This document shows, piece after piece, positions 40,260-51,162 of a DNA stretch of 64,000 nt; the first letter of the stretch is position 1; every line of letters starts with the position of its first letter. Location: contig CAWCBP010000008.1 in the NCBI GenBank assembly GCA_963793865.1, positions 32,001 to 96,000 of the forward strand, read 5' to 3'. Under the pieces are notes generated by a model. The model was given only the letters and a program-made list of their open reading frames with translations. It had not been told where the DNA came from and searched no databases. A program made the translations under genes and the position numbers. Source of the stretch: an uncultured delta proteobacterium (GTDB lineage Bacteria > Desulfobacterota > WTBG01).

Positions 40260-42195
40260 ATGAAGAGAATCCTTCCTATTGATATGTGCTCTGGCCCTGT
40301 TTGTTGCCCTGTTGGCCGGGCAGGCGCTTGCTCAATATTCCGGTTCCTATAACGCCGGCGCGGCTACCATGACCTTGCAAACCGGTGCATGCCAAACGAG
40401 AACGGTAAGCCTTGACGGCAGTGGCTTCGGTACTTCACCATTGGTGTCGGGCGGTTTTCTTTTGACCAATTCCAACGAAGCCGCGGTGGATATTACCGCC
40501 TGTCAGTGCTATGATGGTGAATTGACCCCGGCCGTGTGGGATGCAGGTTCATTGAAGGTGTTCGATCCCACCGGGTTTTCCGGTGGTGTATTTGTTGCAG
40601 CTTCTAATTTGGGCGCAGGTGTCACCACGTCAGCCAGCATACTGGTTTGCGATGTAACCATCTGTGGTGTAGGCGCCGGTACTGCTACAATTGTCATTGA
40701 CACTGTTCCGGATTTTGATACTTGGGTTGCCCAGGATGCCACCGTCTATGATCCTTATATTGATCCGGCTGTCATTGCGGTGGCCAGTATTCCAATGCCG
40801 TGTGAATGCAATATTACGGGACCTTCGGTAATAATGGCAAGCGGAACCGAGGAAGTGACGGTGCAGTACACGGCTAACGGCAATATAGCATGCATGAATC
40901 CGCCGGTTTATGACTGGGGAATCGACTGTAACAGTACATCAGCTGCCATTGACGACACCGGTTTGGTAACCATTCCGGCAACCACAATACCATATGATAC
41001 CTGCACCATAACGGTAACCGACACAGCCAACACGGACATTAATACCGGTTACCCGATTACCTGCTCCTATGAAGTGGAACTAGTGGAAATTTATGGGGGG
41101 TTCATCAGTATAGAGATCGCCCTGGGCAGGGCATGTCCCGGCGAATCGATTGACGACCCGGCTTACAACAGGCCCGGGAGACGTGGTCTTGCCGCTACAT
41201 GTAACGAAGTTATTGACTTTACCGTCTGCAGTGCCAGCGCTGATCCAAATTGGTCCGGGGACTGCCTGGTATGGACAATCGAACCGAACCTGACAGGCGC
41301 AACAATTATCCAGATCGATGATTGCTGCTGGAGACTTATTGCCGGCGATACCTGTGACCTGCAAGAGAAGACCTTCACCGAAGTTGTCACGGTAACCGAC
41401 ACCTGCATGATGGGCACCGACAGTGTCGAGATTGAATTCGGCAAGGTGATTATTGACATCGGCGACACCAACATTCAGCCCAACAGCGAGTCCGGACTGG
41501 TCGACATCAGCATGACCAACCTGGATCACTCTGTGCGCGCCATCAGCCTGGACATCGCAGAGTGCGATCCTTTAAAAGAAGACAGCCTGGTATGCACGCA
41601 GTGTGTAGTTGATCCTGACCGTACACTCGAATTCACCTGTTCGGCCAACGAGCAGGCGGACGGAAGCTGCAGAGTGGTCCTGTACTCAACCGACCCGGCA
41701 GCGGTTATCGCGCAGGGCAGAGGCCCCATTGCCCAGATCGTGTACTCGGCACAGGGCGAGCTTGATGTGTGCGGTTCCGAGGCCTGTATCGATCTGTGCG
41801 CGATCAACATCAGCGTATCCGATCAGTTCAACGAAGATCTGTGCACCTGTGCGAGTGCCGGTGAAGTGTGCTTCACCACCTGCGGTGATATTTATCCCCA
41901 GGACTGCATCGGCGGCACCTGCGGCGCTCTGACCTGCTGCGGTGATGGCGTGATCGACCTCTTCGATATCCTCGAGGCGGTTGACATCATCCTGAACCTG
42001 CAGATCGCCACGGACTGCCAGCTCGCAAACGGTGATGTGCCCAACGGTATGCCGCCCTACTGCGGTAATCCTCCGGGGACACCCAACTGTCAGGGTGACG
42101 GCGACATCGATATCTTTGATGTGCTGGTCATGATTGACAAGGCCCTTGGTAAGATGAACTGCTGCGATTACTGCCTGTACGGTAAGATTTTTTAA
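40260..42195 (+). CDS. Secreted Cys/Asp/Thr-rich multidomain protein with cohesin-like and C-terminal dockerin-like modules (copy 1; +1 indel at 40271-40272)
   Basis: MKRIFLLICALAL signal after removing one C; paired GDGVIDLFD / GDGDIDIFD Ca-loop motifs. Confidence 0.7.
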
Positions 42196-42316
42196 GAAAA
42201 CCGGTGAATGAGACGTGTTTTTAGAATTCATGCTATTGCTATAGATATGCAACAAGGAGAGGATTAGGGTCTCAGCTGATAGCAAAAAGGCCAATAATTA
42301 CAGGAGGAAAACGAGG

Positions 42317-44218
42317 ATGAGGAAAATGATTTTTATTGCGATACTGGCCATGGTTGTCGCCCTGCCGGCCGGACAGGCGGTTGCTCAATTTTCCGGTTCC
42401 TACAACGCCGGGGCGCCCGCTATGAATTTATCGGTAGGGTCATGTGAAACAAGAGCGGTGAGCGTTGATGGAAGCACCTGGGGGACATCACGGCTTGTTT
42501 CGGGCGGCACGCTTATAACGCTTTCCGACATCACCAAGGTTACAATTGGCAATGTAGCCTGCTATGACGGGGAGTTAACACCCGTGGTCTGGGACGCGGG
42601 CTCACTCAAGGTTCCCGATCCTGACGGCTATCCCGGCGGTTACTTTGTTGCCGCCAGTAATCTTGGGGCAGGTGTGACCCCGTCGAGCAACATATTGCTT
42701 TGTGATGTGCAGTTCTGCGGTACGGTACCGGGCAGTTCCACGGTTACCATTGACTCTGTGCCTGACTTTGATACCTGGGTGAACCAGATTGGCACCGTCT
42801 TCGATCCTTATATAGATCCGGCTGTCATAGCGGTGACCGTCACCGGACCGGCATGTGAATGCGATATTACCGGGCCGGCGGAAGTAGCGGCAGATGATAG
42901 TAACCCGGTTACCGCGCAATATACCGCGGCCGGAAATGCGAATTGCACCAATCCGCCGGCGTATGTATGGTCTGACAACTGCGCGCTGGGAGAGGTGGAC
43001 CAGACAGGCCTTTTATCCGTACCGGCTACCACGGTGGGCGAAACCTGCACCATAACCGTAACTGACACCGCCAATGTGGACGTCAACACCGGCGAGCAGG
43101 TGAGCTGCAGCACCGGTATAAAAATTACCGGCGGATCACCACCCTCCGCCTGTGACGTCGAGATAGCCCTGGGACGGATGTGTCCCGGGGAAGAAATAGA
43201 TGATCCGGCTTACAACCGGCCGGGGAGGCGGGGGCTGGCGGCCACCTGCGACGACGTGATAGACTTTACCGTCTGCTCTGACTGCGTTCCCTTCAATCCG
43301 GGTTGTCTGGTATGGTCAGTTGATCCGGCCGCCGCATTCTTGAGCATTGCCCAGATCGACACCTGCTGCTGGAGACTGACCATTGGCGACAGTTGCGATC
43401 AGCTCGATAAGATTGCAGAATATGAAGTGACGGTAACCGATACCTGCACCGGCGGTTCTGACAGCGTGGTGATCCAGATCGGCAAGGTGATTATTGATGT
43501 GGGTGACACCACCATTCAGCCCGAAACAGAGTCTGCAACGGTTGATATCAACCTGATTAACCCCAATCACCACGTGCGCGCCATTGCCGCCGACATCCAG
43601 GAGTGCACGGGCGGCGAGGACAATTTGGAATGCACCGCGTGCCTGATCGATCCGGACCGTGCGCTTGATTTTACCTGTTCGGCCAACGAGCAACCTGATG
43701 GAAGCTGCAGGATAGTGCTCTATTCCACCAATCCGGCCGCCCTCATTTTGCAGGGAAGGGGACCGGTTGCCCAGGTGGTGTATCAGGCGGGTGATGCAAA
43801 GGTGGGTGATTGTGTCTGTCTCATGCCGGTCGATATCCTGATGTCGGATCAGTTTAACGAAGGCCTGTGTGCCTGTCAGCTCCCGGGGGAGGTGTGCTTC
43901 AAGACCTGCGGCGACATTTATCCCCAGGATTGTCTGGGCGGTCCCTGCGCTGACACGGATTGCGGCGACGGCATGGTTGATATACTGGACATTCTGGAAG
44001 GGCTTGACATAGTTCTTGGACTGCAGACGGCGACGGCGTGCCAGATTGACAACGGGGATGTGCCCAACGGGGTACCTCCCTACTGCGGTAATCCACCCGG
44101 AACGCCCAACTGCGAAGGAGACGGTGATATTGATATTTTTGATGTTTTAGTGATGATTGACAAGGCCCTGGGCAAGATGAACTGCTGCGACTACTGCCTG
44201 TTCGGTGACATTTTTTAA
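42317..44218 (+). CDS. Secreted Cys-rich cohesin/dockerin-like protein (copy 2)
   Basis: Full-length paralog of copy 1; 40 Cys in 633 aa; GDGMVDILD / GDGDIDIFD. Confidence 0.72.
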   Translation: MRKMIFIAILAMVVALPAGQAVAQFSGSYNAGAPAMNLSVGSCETRAVSVDGSTWGTSRLVSGGTLITLSDITKVTIGNVACYDGELTPVVWDAGSLKVPDPDGYPGGYFVAASNLGAGVTPSSNILLCDVQFCGTVPGSSTVTIDSVPDFDTWVNQIGTVFDPYIDPAVIAVTVTGPACECDITGPAEVAADDSNPVTAQYTAAGNANCTNPPAYVWSDNCALGEVDQTGLLSVPATTVGETCTITVTDTANVDVNTGEQVSCSTGIKITGGSPPSACDVEIALGRMCPGEEIDDPAYNRPGRRGLAATCDDVIDFTVCSDCVPFNPGCLVWSVDPAAAFLSIAQIDTCCWRLTIGDSCDQLDKIAEYEVTVTDTCTGGSDSVVIQIGKVIIDVGDTTIQPETESATVDINLINPNHHVRAIAADIQECTGGEDNLECTACLIDPDRALDFTCSANEQPDGSCRIVLYSTNPAALILQGRGPVAQVVYQAGDAKVGDCVCLMPVDILMSDQFNEGLCACQLPGEVCFKTCGDIYPQDCLGGPCADTDCGDGMVDILDILEGLDIVLGLQTATACQIDNGDVPNGVPPYCGNPPGTPNCEGDGDIDIFDVLVMIDKALGKMNCCDYCLFGDIF

Positions 44219-44251
44219 GAAAAATGCCTGGATGGATTGTTTGAAAAATGC

Positions 44252-44285
44252 AAAACCCCCGGTTAGCAGTACCGGGGGTTTTTTT
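44252..44285 (+). terminator. Intrinsic terminator
   Basis: AAAACCCCCGGT-loop-ACCGGGGGTTTTTTT. Confidence 0.85.
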
Positions 44286-44430
44286 ATGAGAGCAAGCATC
44301 CTCCCTGGCACAACGGTCCACCGGCCTGGAAACATTGTTTGCCCTTTCTCTTGGTTGTGCCCGGGCGGAATGTGTTATTATTAATTGGCGGTCATAACAG
44401 CACAGCAACTTTCTTGACGGGTTTACATTT

Positions 44431-45705
44431 ATGAAAGTTCTACTTATTTCTGTTAACACATATCCGGTTAACATGCCTACCCTGCCGCTGGGGCTGGCCT
44501 GCGTTGCCGCGGCCACACAAAGGGCGGGTCACCAAGTGAAGCTCATTGATCTCACCTCGCCGGAAAGCTGGCCTGCGGTGCTTGAGAGATCCGTCGGGGA
44601 TTTTCAACCCGACATGGTGGGTATTTCAGTAAGGAACATTGACGACCAGGCAAGGCCTGCAACTCAGTTTTTGCTGGCCCGGGTAAAACAGGTTGTAGAC
44701 AAATGCAGAACGCTCACAAGGGCGCCTGTTGTCACAGGAGGTGCGGGTTACAGCATCTATCCTGAAAGCGTACTTGCCTACCTCGGCGCCGATATGGGCA
44801 TAAGAGGAGAGGGGGAATCTGCATTTCCCGCACTCCTTGATTGCATTCAGCATGGACGGAACGTCGCTGATGTTCCGGGTGTCTATTTGCCCGGGAGGAG
44901 GAAATCAGTCAGAAACCGCTTCGAAGCAAATCTGGACAATCTTCCTTTTCCTGACGAACGGCTCTGGCTTGCGTCTGAACTTGCTGCAGAGGATGTTTGG
45001 ATTCCGGTACAGACCAGGCGCGGATGCCCCATGGACTGCAGCTACTGTTCAACCGCCGCTATTGAGGGAAGGGCCCGCAGGGCCCATTCACCGGCGTCTG
45101 TGATTGATATGATTGAACATCATGTAAAGGCGGGGTTCAATAAATTCTACTTCACTGATAATACCTTTAACATTCCTTCGGTTTATGCGGGAGAGCTCTG
45201 CAAACGCATACGTGCATCGGGGATTAACATTACCTGGATGTGCATACTCTATCCCTGGGAAATGGAGGAAGCGCTGGTCAGCGATATGGCGCAGGCCGGA
45301 TGCCGGGAAGTGAGCCTCGGTTTTGAAAGCGGAAACACTGAGATGCTTTATCGCATGAATAAGAAATTTGATGTGCATGCGGTACGCAGGACCTCCCTCC
45401 TTTTGAATCGGTACGGAATCCGTCAGACAGGATTTTTACTGCTGGGGGGGCCGGGCGAATCGCGTTCGTCGGTTGCAGAGAGTCTCGCCTTTGCAGATTC
45501 GCTGCCGCTGGACACAGTAAAACTAACCGCAGGCATCCGCATGTATCCCCACACTCAGCTGGCGCGCCTGGCCCGTGCAGAGCGCATTATCGAACCTGAT
45601 GATGACCTGCTGTACCCGCGTTTTTACCTGGCGGAGGGGCTTGAGGGGTGGCTGGATGAAACGGTGGCAGAGTGGATGAGCACTCGTCCGCACTGGATAC
45701 AGTAA
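44431..45705 (+). CDS. B12-binding radical SAM protein (TsrM-like / lipid-modification type)
   Basis: PLGLACVAA, GISVRNID, GGAGYS, RRGCPMDCSYC, FTDNTFN, GGPGES. Confidence 0.88.
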   Translation: MKVLLISVNTYPVNMPTLPLGLACVAAATQRAGHQVKLIDLTSPESWPAVLERSVGDFQPDMVGISVRNIDDQARPATQFLLARVKQVVDKCRTLTRAPVVTGGAGYSIYPESVLAYLGADMGIRGEGESAFPALLDCIQHGRNVADVPGVYLPGRRKSVRNRFEANLDNLPFPDERLWLASELAAEDVWIPVQTRRGCPMDCSYCSTAAIEGRARRAHSPASVIDMIEHHVKAGFNKFYFTDNTFNIPSVYAGELCKRIRASGINITWMCILYPWEMEEALVSDMAQAGCREVSLGFESGNTEMLYRMNKKFDVHAVRRTSLLLNRYGIRQTGFLLLGGPGESRSSVAESLAFADSLPLDTVKLTAGIRMYPHTQLARLARAERIIEPDDDLLYPRFYLAEGLEGWLDETVAEWMSTRPHWIQ

Positions 45706-45710
45706 TCAGG

Positions 45711-47375
45711 CTAGGTGGAATTCCTTCTTAATACGACGACAGCGTTTGCTTGCGGTCGGTAGTTTTGCGCCTGGTCATCCCAAAAGTACTTCGTTTCGCG
45801 TGGAGAGACGATATCAATAATTCCGGCCACCGTATAGTGCGTTTTGTAATGCTCAAACCAATCGAACAGCGCCGTTTCCGAGTCTTCCCGTCTCAGCCAC
45901 GAAATCGGGATTTTTACAAAAATAAGATACTCCGGTTTGTTGCGTTCTATTTCTTGTATCATTTCCTGCTGCATGGTCAATGCGTACTTATGATTTTCCA
46001 TGAGGCTGTACATGTAAATATAGCTGGTTGCAGAGCGTCTATTCGCATAAAAGTAAATCTGGGGTTCGGAGCCGAGCACGGCAATAGTGCTATCCGGAGC
46101 CGAGTTGCTTCGTATGTAGTCAGCAATAGCTGTGGACTCGGGAAAGGGGTTGGGGAAATATATAGATCTGCAGGCCATGGCAGGACTTAAGGTGAAGAAG
46201 AATAATCTCTGGGAAAAAACACCATGGGAAAAGCATATGAGAAATAAAAGCAGAGGGATGAACTGAAATGTTTTCAAATCAATAACACGCGTCTGAACAT
46301 ACTTCATGGTAATTCCTGCAAACAGTGCAATTGCAGGAAGCACCAGAACAAAATAATGTTCACGGAAGTAGAGCCCCGGGCACACAGCGAGAAAGGAAAA
46401 GAGTAAGAATCCATACATAAATAGCGACCGAGATTTTAACTTCGCTTTCCAAAAGACAATGATCATTCCCATGCCGGCGAGGATCCATAGCAGGTAAAAG
46501 CCATTAATAATACGAGGCATCTGCTTGAGAAAAAGAGCAAAACCCCCGGATAGGGACTGAAGAGATGAATAGCGGGCCGCATAGAGAATAGTCCAGAACC
46601 AGAATTTTTGAAAAACTCCCAGCGCATACATCGTGATGCATGTAAATAGGTAAGGAATCAACAAGCCGGCTATAAATACAAGCGTTCTTATGACAAGGAA
46701 TCTTGTCAGCGTGCGTGTTTTGTGTATCTGAAAACCTATCAAGTAACATAAGGCGAAGCAACCAAAGAATATGCCCGGCTGTTTGATTATGAAGGCAACT
46801 CCAAAAAGAATCCCGCTCATAAAAATAGGGATTGCTCTATCACGCTCTAGTGCCTTCAGCAGGAGCACTATTCCCCCCAGTGCCGGCAACAGCACGAAAT
46901 GGGTAGCATGTGCGGATGTTCCCAGCACACTGGGACTAAGGGAGAGAATGCCGTAGGTGGCGCAGGCGACTGCTCCACTGAAATCATCAAAAAGTCGGCG
47001 TGCCAATAAGAATACCAGGAGCATGGTGCATACATTTACAAGCAGGAGACCAAGATGAATGCCTTCAATGGTCTGACCAAATACGGCCATAAGCAGGGCA
47101 TAAGCAGCATAGGTCCCCGGCAATTTCATGTTTGCGGCAAGAGAGTACGGCGGGATGCCCTGAAGCATCAACTGGCCCATGTAGGCAAATTCACCTTCAT
47201 CGCGCTCGAGGGGAATGCTCAGGAGCCTGATACGAATTGCAGCTACAAGTAGAATGGCTGCAAAAACCAGCGCCCAGGCGATTAAGCGGTAATATCGATC
47301 AGGTTTGTATTGCAGGCCTGATGCTGCATGCTGTTGTGATGCTTTCTCTTTCTTTTGTTTTCTTTGTTTTGACAT
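45711..47375 (-). CDS. GT-C fold membrane glycosyltransferase (ArnT/PMT-like)
   Basis: ERDEGEF loop after TM1, many TM helices, IKQP, HYF. Confidence 0.8.
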   Translation of the reverse strand: MSKQRKQKKEKASQQHAASGLQYKPDRYYRLIAWALVFAAILLVAAIRIRLLSIPLERDEGEFAYMGQLMLQGIPPYSLAANMKLPGTYAAYALLMAVFGQTIEGIHLGLLLVNVCTMLLVFLLARRLFDDFSGAVACATYGILSLSPSVLGTSAHATHFVLLPALGGIVLLLKALERDRAIPIFMSGILFGVAFIIKQPGIFFGCFALCYLIGFQIHKTRTLTRFLVIRTLVFIAGLLIPYLFTCITMYALGVFQKFWFWTILYAARYSSLQSLSGGFALFLKQMPRIINGFYLLWILAGMGMIIVFWKAKLKSRSLFMYGFLLFSFLAVCPGLYFREHYFVLVLPAIALFAGITMKYVQTRVIDLKTFQFIPLLLFLICFSHGVFSQRLFFFTLSPAMACRSIYFPNPFPESTAIADYIRSNSAPDSTIAVLGSEPQIYFYANRRSATSYIYMYSLMENHKYALTMQQEMIQEIERNKPEYLIFVKIPISWLRREDSETALFDWFEHYKTHYTVAGIIDIVSPRETKYFWDDQAQNYRPQANAVVVLRRNST

Positions 47376-47702
47376 GTTCTTATGTTGGAGCCGTGGTGAA
47401 CCACATGGAGGCGTTAATCTCTATGGTTTTAAGCAATCACGATATAAGTCACCGGCTATTGAAGAAAAAATCAATACCTCATTACTATGTCAAACAAAAC
47501 ACCTCGTCAACTTTTATTAGCATTCTTGATGTTCTATAGAGCTTGTAAGAAAATGAAAGATGGGAGCAGACTGAACTGAGAAGCATGCGGACACGAAAGG
47601 TACAAGATTGTCCTTTGCATCCGGCGTGAAGAATGATAAAAAACTCATTCAATGAACATGAGCGACTGCACATTAAATACATAACCACATAGCGGGTGTT
47701 GA

Positions 47703-48314
47703 ATGGACGATCAATCCTATTATCTTGAATATTTGAAAAGGACTTCCCGGTTTCCTCAGTCAATCTATCATAAAGCAAAGCATGAAATAGTGCAGCGACT
47801 TATCCTTTCGATACCTCATGGCTCACGCATTCTTGATGCCGGCTGCGGTGTCGGCCACATAACCGGACCCTATTGTGACAGGTATTCAGTATTCGGCATG
47901 GATGAGCAGTTGTCGGCGGTCAGATATTGCCGGGAACGATGGAACGGTTCGTATGTACATGGAAGCCTTTACAGCATCCCTTTTGAGAGCAACTATTTTG
48001 ACCTGGTTTTCTTTCTCGACACCATCGAACATTTAACCCGTCCCGTCGATGCGCTGAGAGAGTTTGTGCGGATCATGAAGCCCGGCGCAAAGATCCTCAT
48101 CTGTACCATGAATTACGCTAGTCCGCTTTGGTTCATCCTGGAGCACACCTGGCACAGATTCGCAGGTGGAACCTGCAAGCCATACTCAAAAGATGTGCAT
48201 CCCACACCCTATACCGAAAAGCTTCTGCTTGAACACTGCGCAGGACTATTTGAAAAGATCGAGATAGAGAAACGCATAATGCGCATGGAGCTTTTTCTTA
48301 CGGGGAGAAAGTAG
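47703..48314 (+). CDS. Class I SAM-dependent methyltransferase
   Basis: ILDAGCGVG, IPF..NYFD, IEHL, KPG. Confidence 0.88.
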   Translation: MDDQSYYLEYLKRTSRFPQSIYHKAKHEIVQRLILSIPHGSRILDAGCGVGHITGPYCDRYSVFGMDEQLSAVRYCRERWNGSYVHGSLYSIPFESNYFDLVFFLDTIEHLTRPVDALREFVRIMKPGAKILICTMNYASPLWFILEHTWHRFAGGTCKPYSKDVHPTPYTEKLLLEHCAGLFEKIEIEKRIMRMELFLTGRK

Positions 48315-48326
48315 CGGGATAAATGC

Positions 48327-49244
48327 ATGATATGCGCCCACGATAACAAGAAAAAAATCTACGAATTCGATTCCACCTCTGTGTGGCAATGCGCCGACTG
48401 CGCCATCATATTCAGCGATAAGTGCCGGGAACCCTTTGATTCAAAGGAGCTCTACAATTCATATTATTATAAGAATGAAATGGCCGGCAGGTTCAACCGC
48501 TGGATAGAACTGGTTGTAAAGTCCTTCCGCTTTTTCCGTGCCTTCAAGGTTTTTACCATTGCCCCCCGCGCACGGCGCATCCTGGACATCGGCAGCGGAC
48601 GGGGCTTCATGCTGTACTATCTAAAAAATTTCTACCATTACACCAGAACAGCAGGGACACAGATATCCAGAAGTGCCTTTGAATTTTCACGGGATGAACT
48701 CGGTCTTGAAATGTATGACAAAGATCTTCTCGAATTAGATTTGCCTGATTCTTCCTTTGACATGGTGACCTTGTGGCATGTCTTTGAACACATAAAGGAG
48801 CCCGACCGCTACTTGGCAAAGATCAGGAATATCCTCACCCAAAAAGGAAAGCTGGTGATCGAAGTGCCGAACTTTGGCTCGTGGACAAGAAAACTTACCG
48901 GCCGCTACTGGCTCGGTCTGGACATAGATTATCATATTTACTTTTTTACTCCCGAAACACTATGCATGCTGCTTAAAAAATACGGGTTTAAAATCAAGCT
49001 GGTTCATACCTTCTCCCTGGAATACTCAACCTTCATATCGGCGCAGAGCATCATCAGCTGGCTGACGCGTTCAGACCATTTCTTTTTCCGCTATCTGCAG
49101 GTCGAAAAAAACATGAAGATGAACCTTAAGGCTTTCGGACACATGCTGCTTTTTCTCTTAATCAGCCCATTTTGTTTTTTGGTAAATATGCTTTTATTTT
49201 TTTCCAAAAAAGGCGAGGTCCTGCTCGTCATCGCTCAAAAATAG
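48327..49244 (+). CDS. Class I SAM-dependent methyltransferase with N-terminal CxxC
   Basis: CADC, ILDIGSGRG, WHVFEH, IEVPN. Confidence 0.88.
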   Translation: MICAHDNKKKIYEFDSTSVWQCADCAIIFSDKCREPFDSKELYNSYYYKNEMAGRFNRWIELVVKSFRFFRAFKVFTIAPRARRILDIGSGRGFMLYYLKNFYHYTRTAGTQISRSAFEFSRDELGLEMYDKDLLELDLPDSSFDMVTLWHVFEHIKEPDRYLAKIRNILTQKGKLVIEVPNFGSWTRKLTGRYWLGLDIDYHIYFFTPETLCMLLKKYGFKIKLVHTFSLEYSTFISAQSIISWLTRSDHFFFRYLQVEKNMKMNLKAFGHMLLFLLISPFCFLVNMLLFFSKKGEVLLVIAQK

Positions 49245-49262
49245 TATTGTACAGGATGGAAT

Positions 49263-50984
49263 ATGCCGGTAGGAAAAAGTGGCGGGATCCTCCTCAAGTC
49301 TCTCATAGGATTTCTCATAGTGCTTCTCGCCCTGAGCATCTTTAAAAACATCTCCTATCCGCTTTTATGGAACGATGAAGCGGAAACGGCAATGTTCGCA
49401 AAAAGAATTCTTACCTTCGGTTATCCAAAAGTACATGACGGCAAAAATGTCTTGAACCTGCTGGAGCTGCCTGATAAAAACCTGGCCATTGACAAGGAAA
49501 GCGATGCCTATGTGGTTACCGTTTGGGGGCACTTCTATTTTGCCGTGATCGGGGAACTTTTATCGAGTTTGACCGATGATATCTATCTTAAAACAGCTCT
49601 TTTGAGAATCCCCTTTGCGATAGCCGGTTTTGCCGCGCTATTTATCATCGCCTTAACCGGCTTGCTATTCTTTCGTGATCGCAAGCTGGGCCTCTATTTT
49701 CTTTCCGCTTTTTTCTTCCTTGAGCTTCTTTCCATACCGCTCATATTGCACATGAGAGAAGTGCGGTATTATTCATTAGCACTTCTTTTGCTGAGCATCA
49801 TCTTCTATCTTTACAGCAGGTATGCGGTTTTTAAAACACTCAGACCGTCTCTTTATATCCCGCTTCTTACCATTTCCATGCTGCTGCTGTACAATTCCTT
49901 CCCACCGCCTTTTTTTGCCTGTGCCGCTGCGATCGGACTTATTGAATTAGGCAGATTTATAAAACGAAGATCGGCGCGTGAACTCATTCAATCGATTTTA
50001 CCGCTCATCATAGCAGTGCTTATGGTGTTGCCGCTTTTGCGTTTTTTCCATACTGCCGAGATTTCCAAGGCCTATGCGCTTTTTTTTCATATATCGGGGT
50101 TTATTCAAAAAGGTTTGCTTTTGAGCATCGTGTCGTTTCTCTGGCAGTATGAGTTCTTATGCGTTATCTTGTTTGCCCGGCTCTCCGCGCTGTCTCTGCA
50201 GAGGTTTAGCAAACCTAATGTCATGAGCCTTGGGAAAGGCAAGCTAAAAAGAACTGCCATCAGTGACGGCGTGCAAGAAGAAGGGAAAGAGATAATGTGC
50301 CGCATGAATGCGTCAAACTGCCTCAGTATCTTAATCGTGCTGTACATCTTGTTGGCTTCCATGATACCGCTGCCGGTTATTTATGAACGGTACTATATTT
50401 TTCTCCAGCCATTCCTTTCGATCATACTCTTGTTTGATATTTTTAACATAGCTTCATTACTGGCGCAGGGGCAGTCAACGCCGGCAAGGAAATACCTCAG
50501 AGTTATCCCGCTGATCGTGGCGGGACTTTTTGTGGTTTATGGGTTTAACAAGATCGAATTGCTCAAGCACCATAGCTATGAACTCTTTCATCAATATAAG
50601 GGACCTCTTGATTACGCAATCCCCTATATTCAGGCAAACTATAAGGACACTGAAAATTTGACCATAGCCACAAATTATGAAGAGTGCTCCTTGATGTACT
50701 ATCTGGGCAGCAAAGTGATAATAGGATATGTGGGAAACAATCTCAAAGAAGATATGACCATGACTCCCGACATTATAATCTTCAGGAAAAAGTGGACCTA
50801 CACAAGCAAATCGGAAATTTTTGCCCCTTTCTTTGCGAGGGCCGGATACAAGCCGGTTGCCTTCGAGGTGTTCGACAACCCGGTTAACAATATCCCGCAG
50901 ATAGGCGGACCGATTCACCATTTATTTAAAACGAAAATGGCAAGAACTGAAAAAGAAGCGCTGGTACTTTACAACAAGTATTAA
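49263..50984 (+). CDS. Polytopic membrane protein, probable GT-C glycosyltransferase
   Basis: LWNDEAET loop after TM1, LRIPF, REVRYYSL. Confidence 0.7.
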   Translation: MPVGKSGGILLKSLIGFLIVLLALSIFKNISYPLLWNDEAETAMFAKRILTFGYPKVHDGKNVLNLLELPDKNLAIDKESDAYVVTVWGHFYFAVIGELLSSLTDDIYLKTALLRIPFAIAGFAALFIIALTGLLFFRDRKLGLYFLSAFFFLELLSIPLILHMREVRYYSLALLLLSIIFYLYSRYAVFKTLRPSLYIPLLTISMLLLYNSFPPPFFACAAAIGLIELGRFIKRRSARELIQSILPLIIAVLMVLPLLRFFHTAEISKAYALFFHISGFIQKGLLLSIVSFLWQYEFLCVILFARLSALSLQRFSKPNVMSLGKGKLKRTAISDGVQEEGKEIMCRMNASNCLSILIVLYILLASMIPLPVIYERYYIFLQPFLSIILLFDIFNIASLLAQGQSTPARKYLRVIPLIVAGLFVVYGFNKIELLKHHSYELFHQYKGPLDYAIPYIQANYKDTENLTIATNYEECSLMYYLGSKVIIGYVGNNLKEDMTMTPDIIIFRKKWTYTSKSEIFAPFFARAGYKPVAFEVFDNPVNNIPQIGGPIHHLFKTKMARTEKEALVLYNKY

Positions 50985-51162
50985 TCCTGTGTGCTTTAGA
51001 GGATAGTTATTGAACAGCAAGATTGTGTAAGGCTGGCGGGGGGGCAGGATATATTATGCCCTCGGAATGTGCTCCTTTTTATATCTTCTCAAGCAGTCTG
51101 CCCATCATTGAGCACAAGCAGAAGCCCGCTGAGATGTCTGGCTGTGTGCGAAGCGCATCCCA

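Noticed and set aside
40260..44218. Multiheme cytochromes
   Set aside because: Many cysteines but no CxxCH motifs
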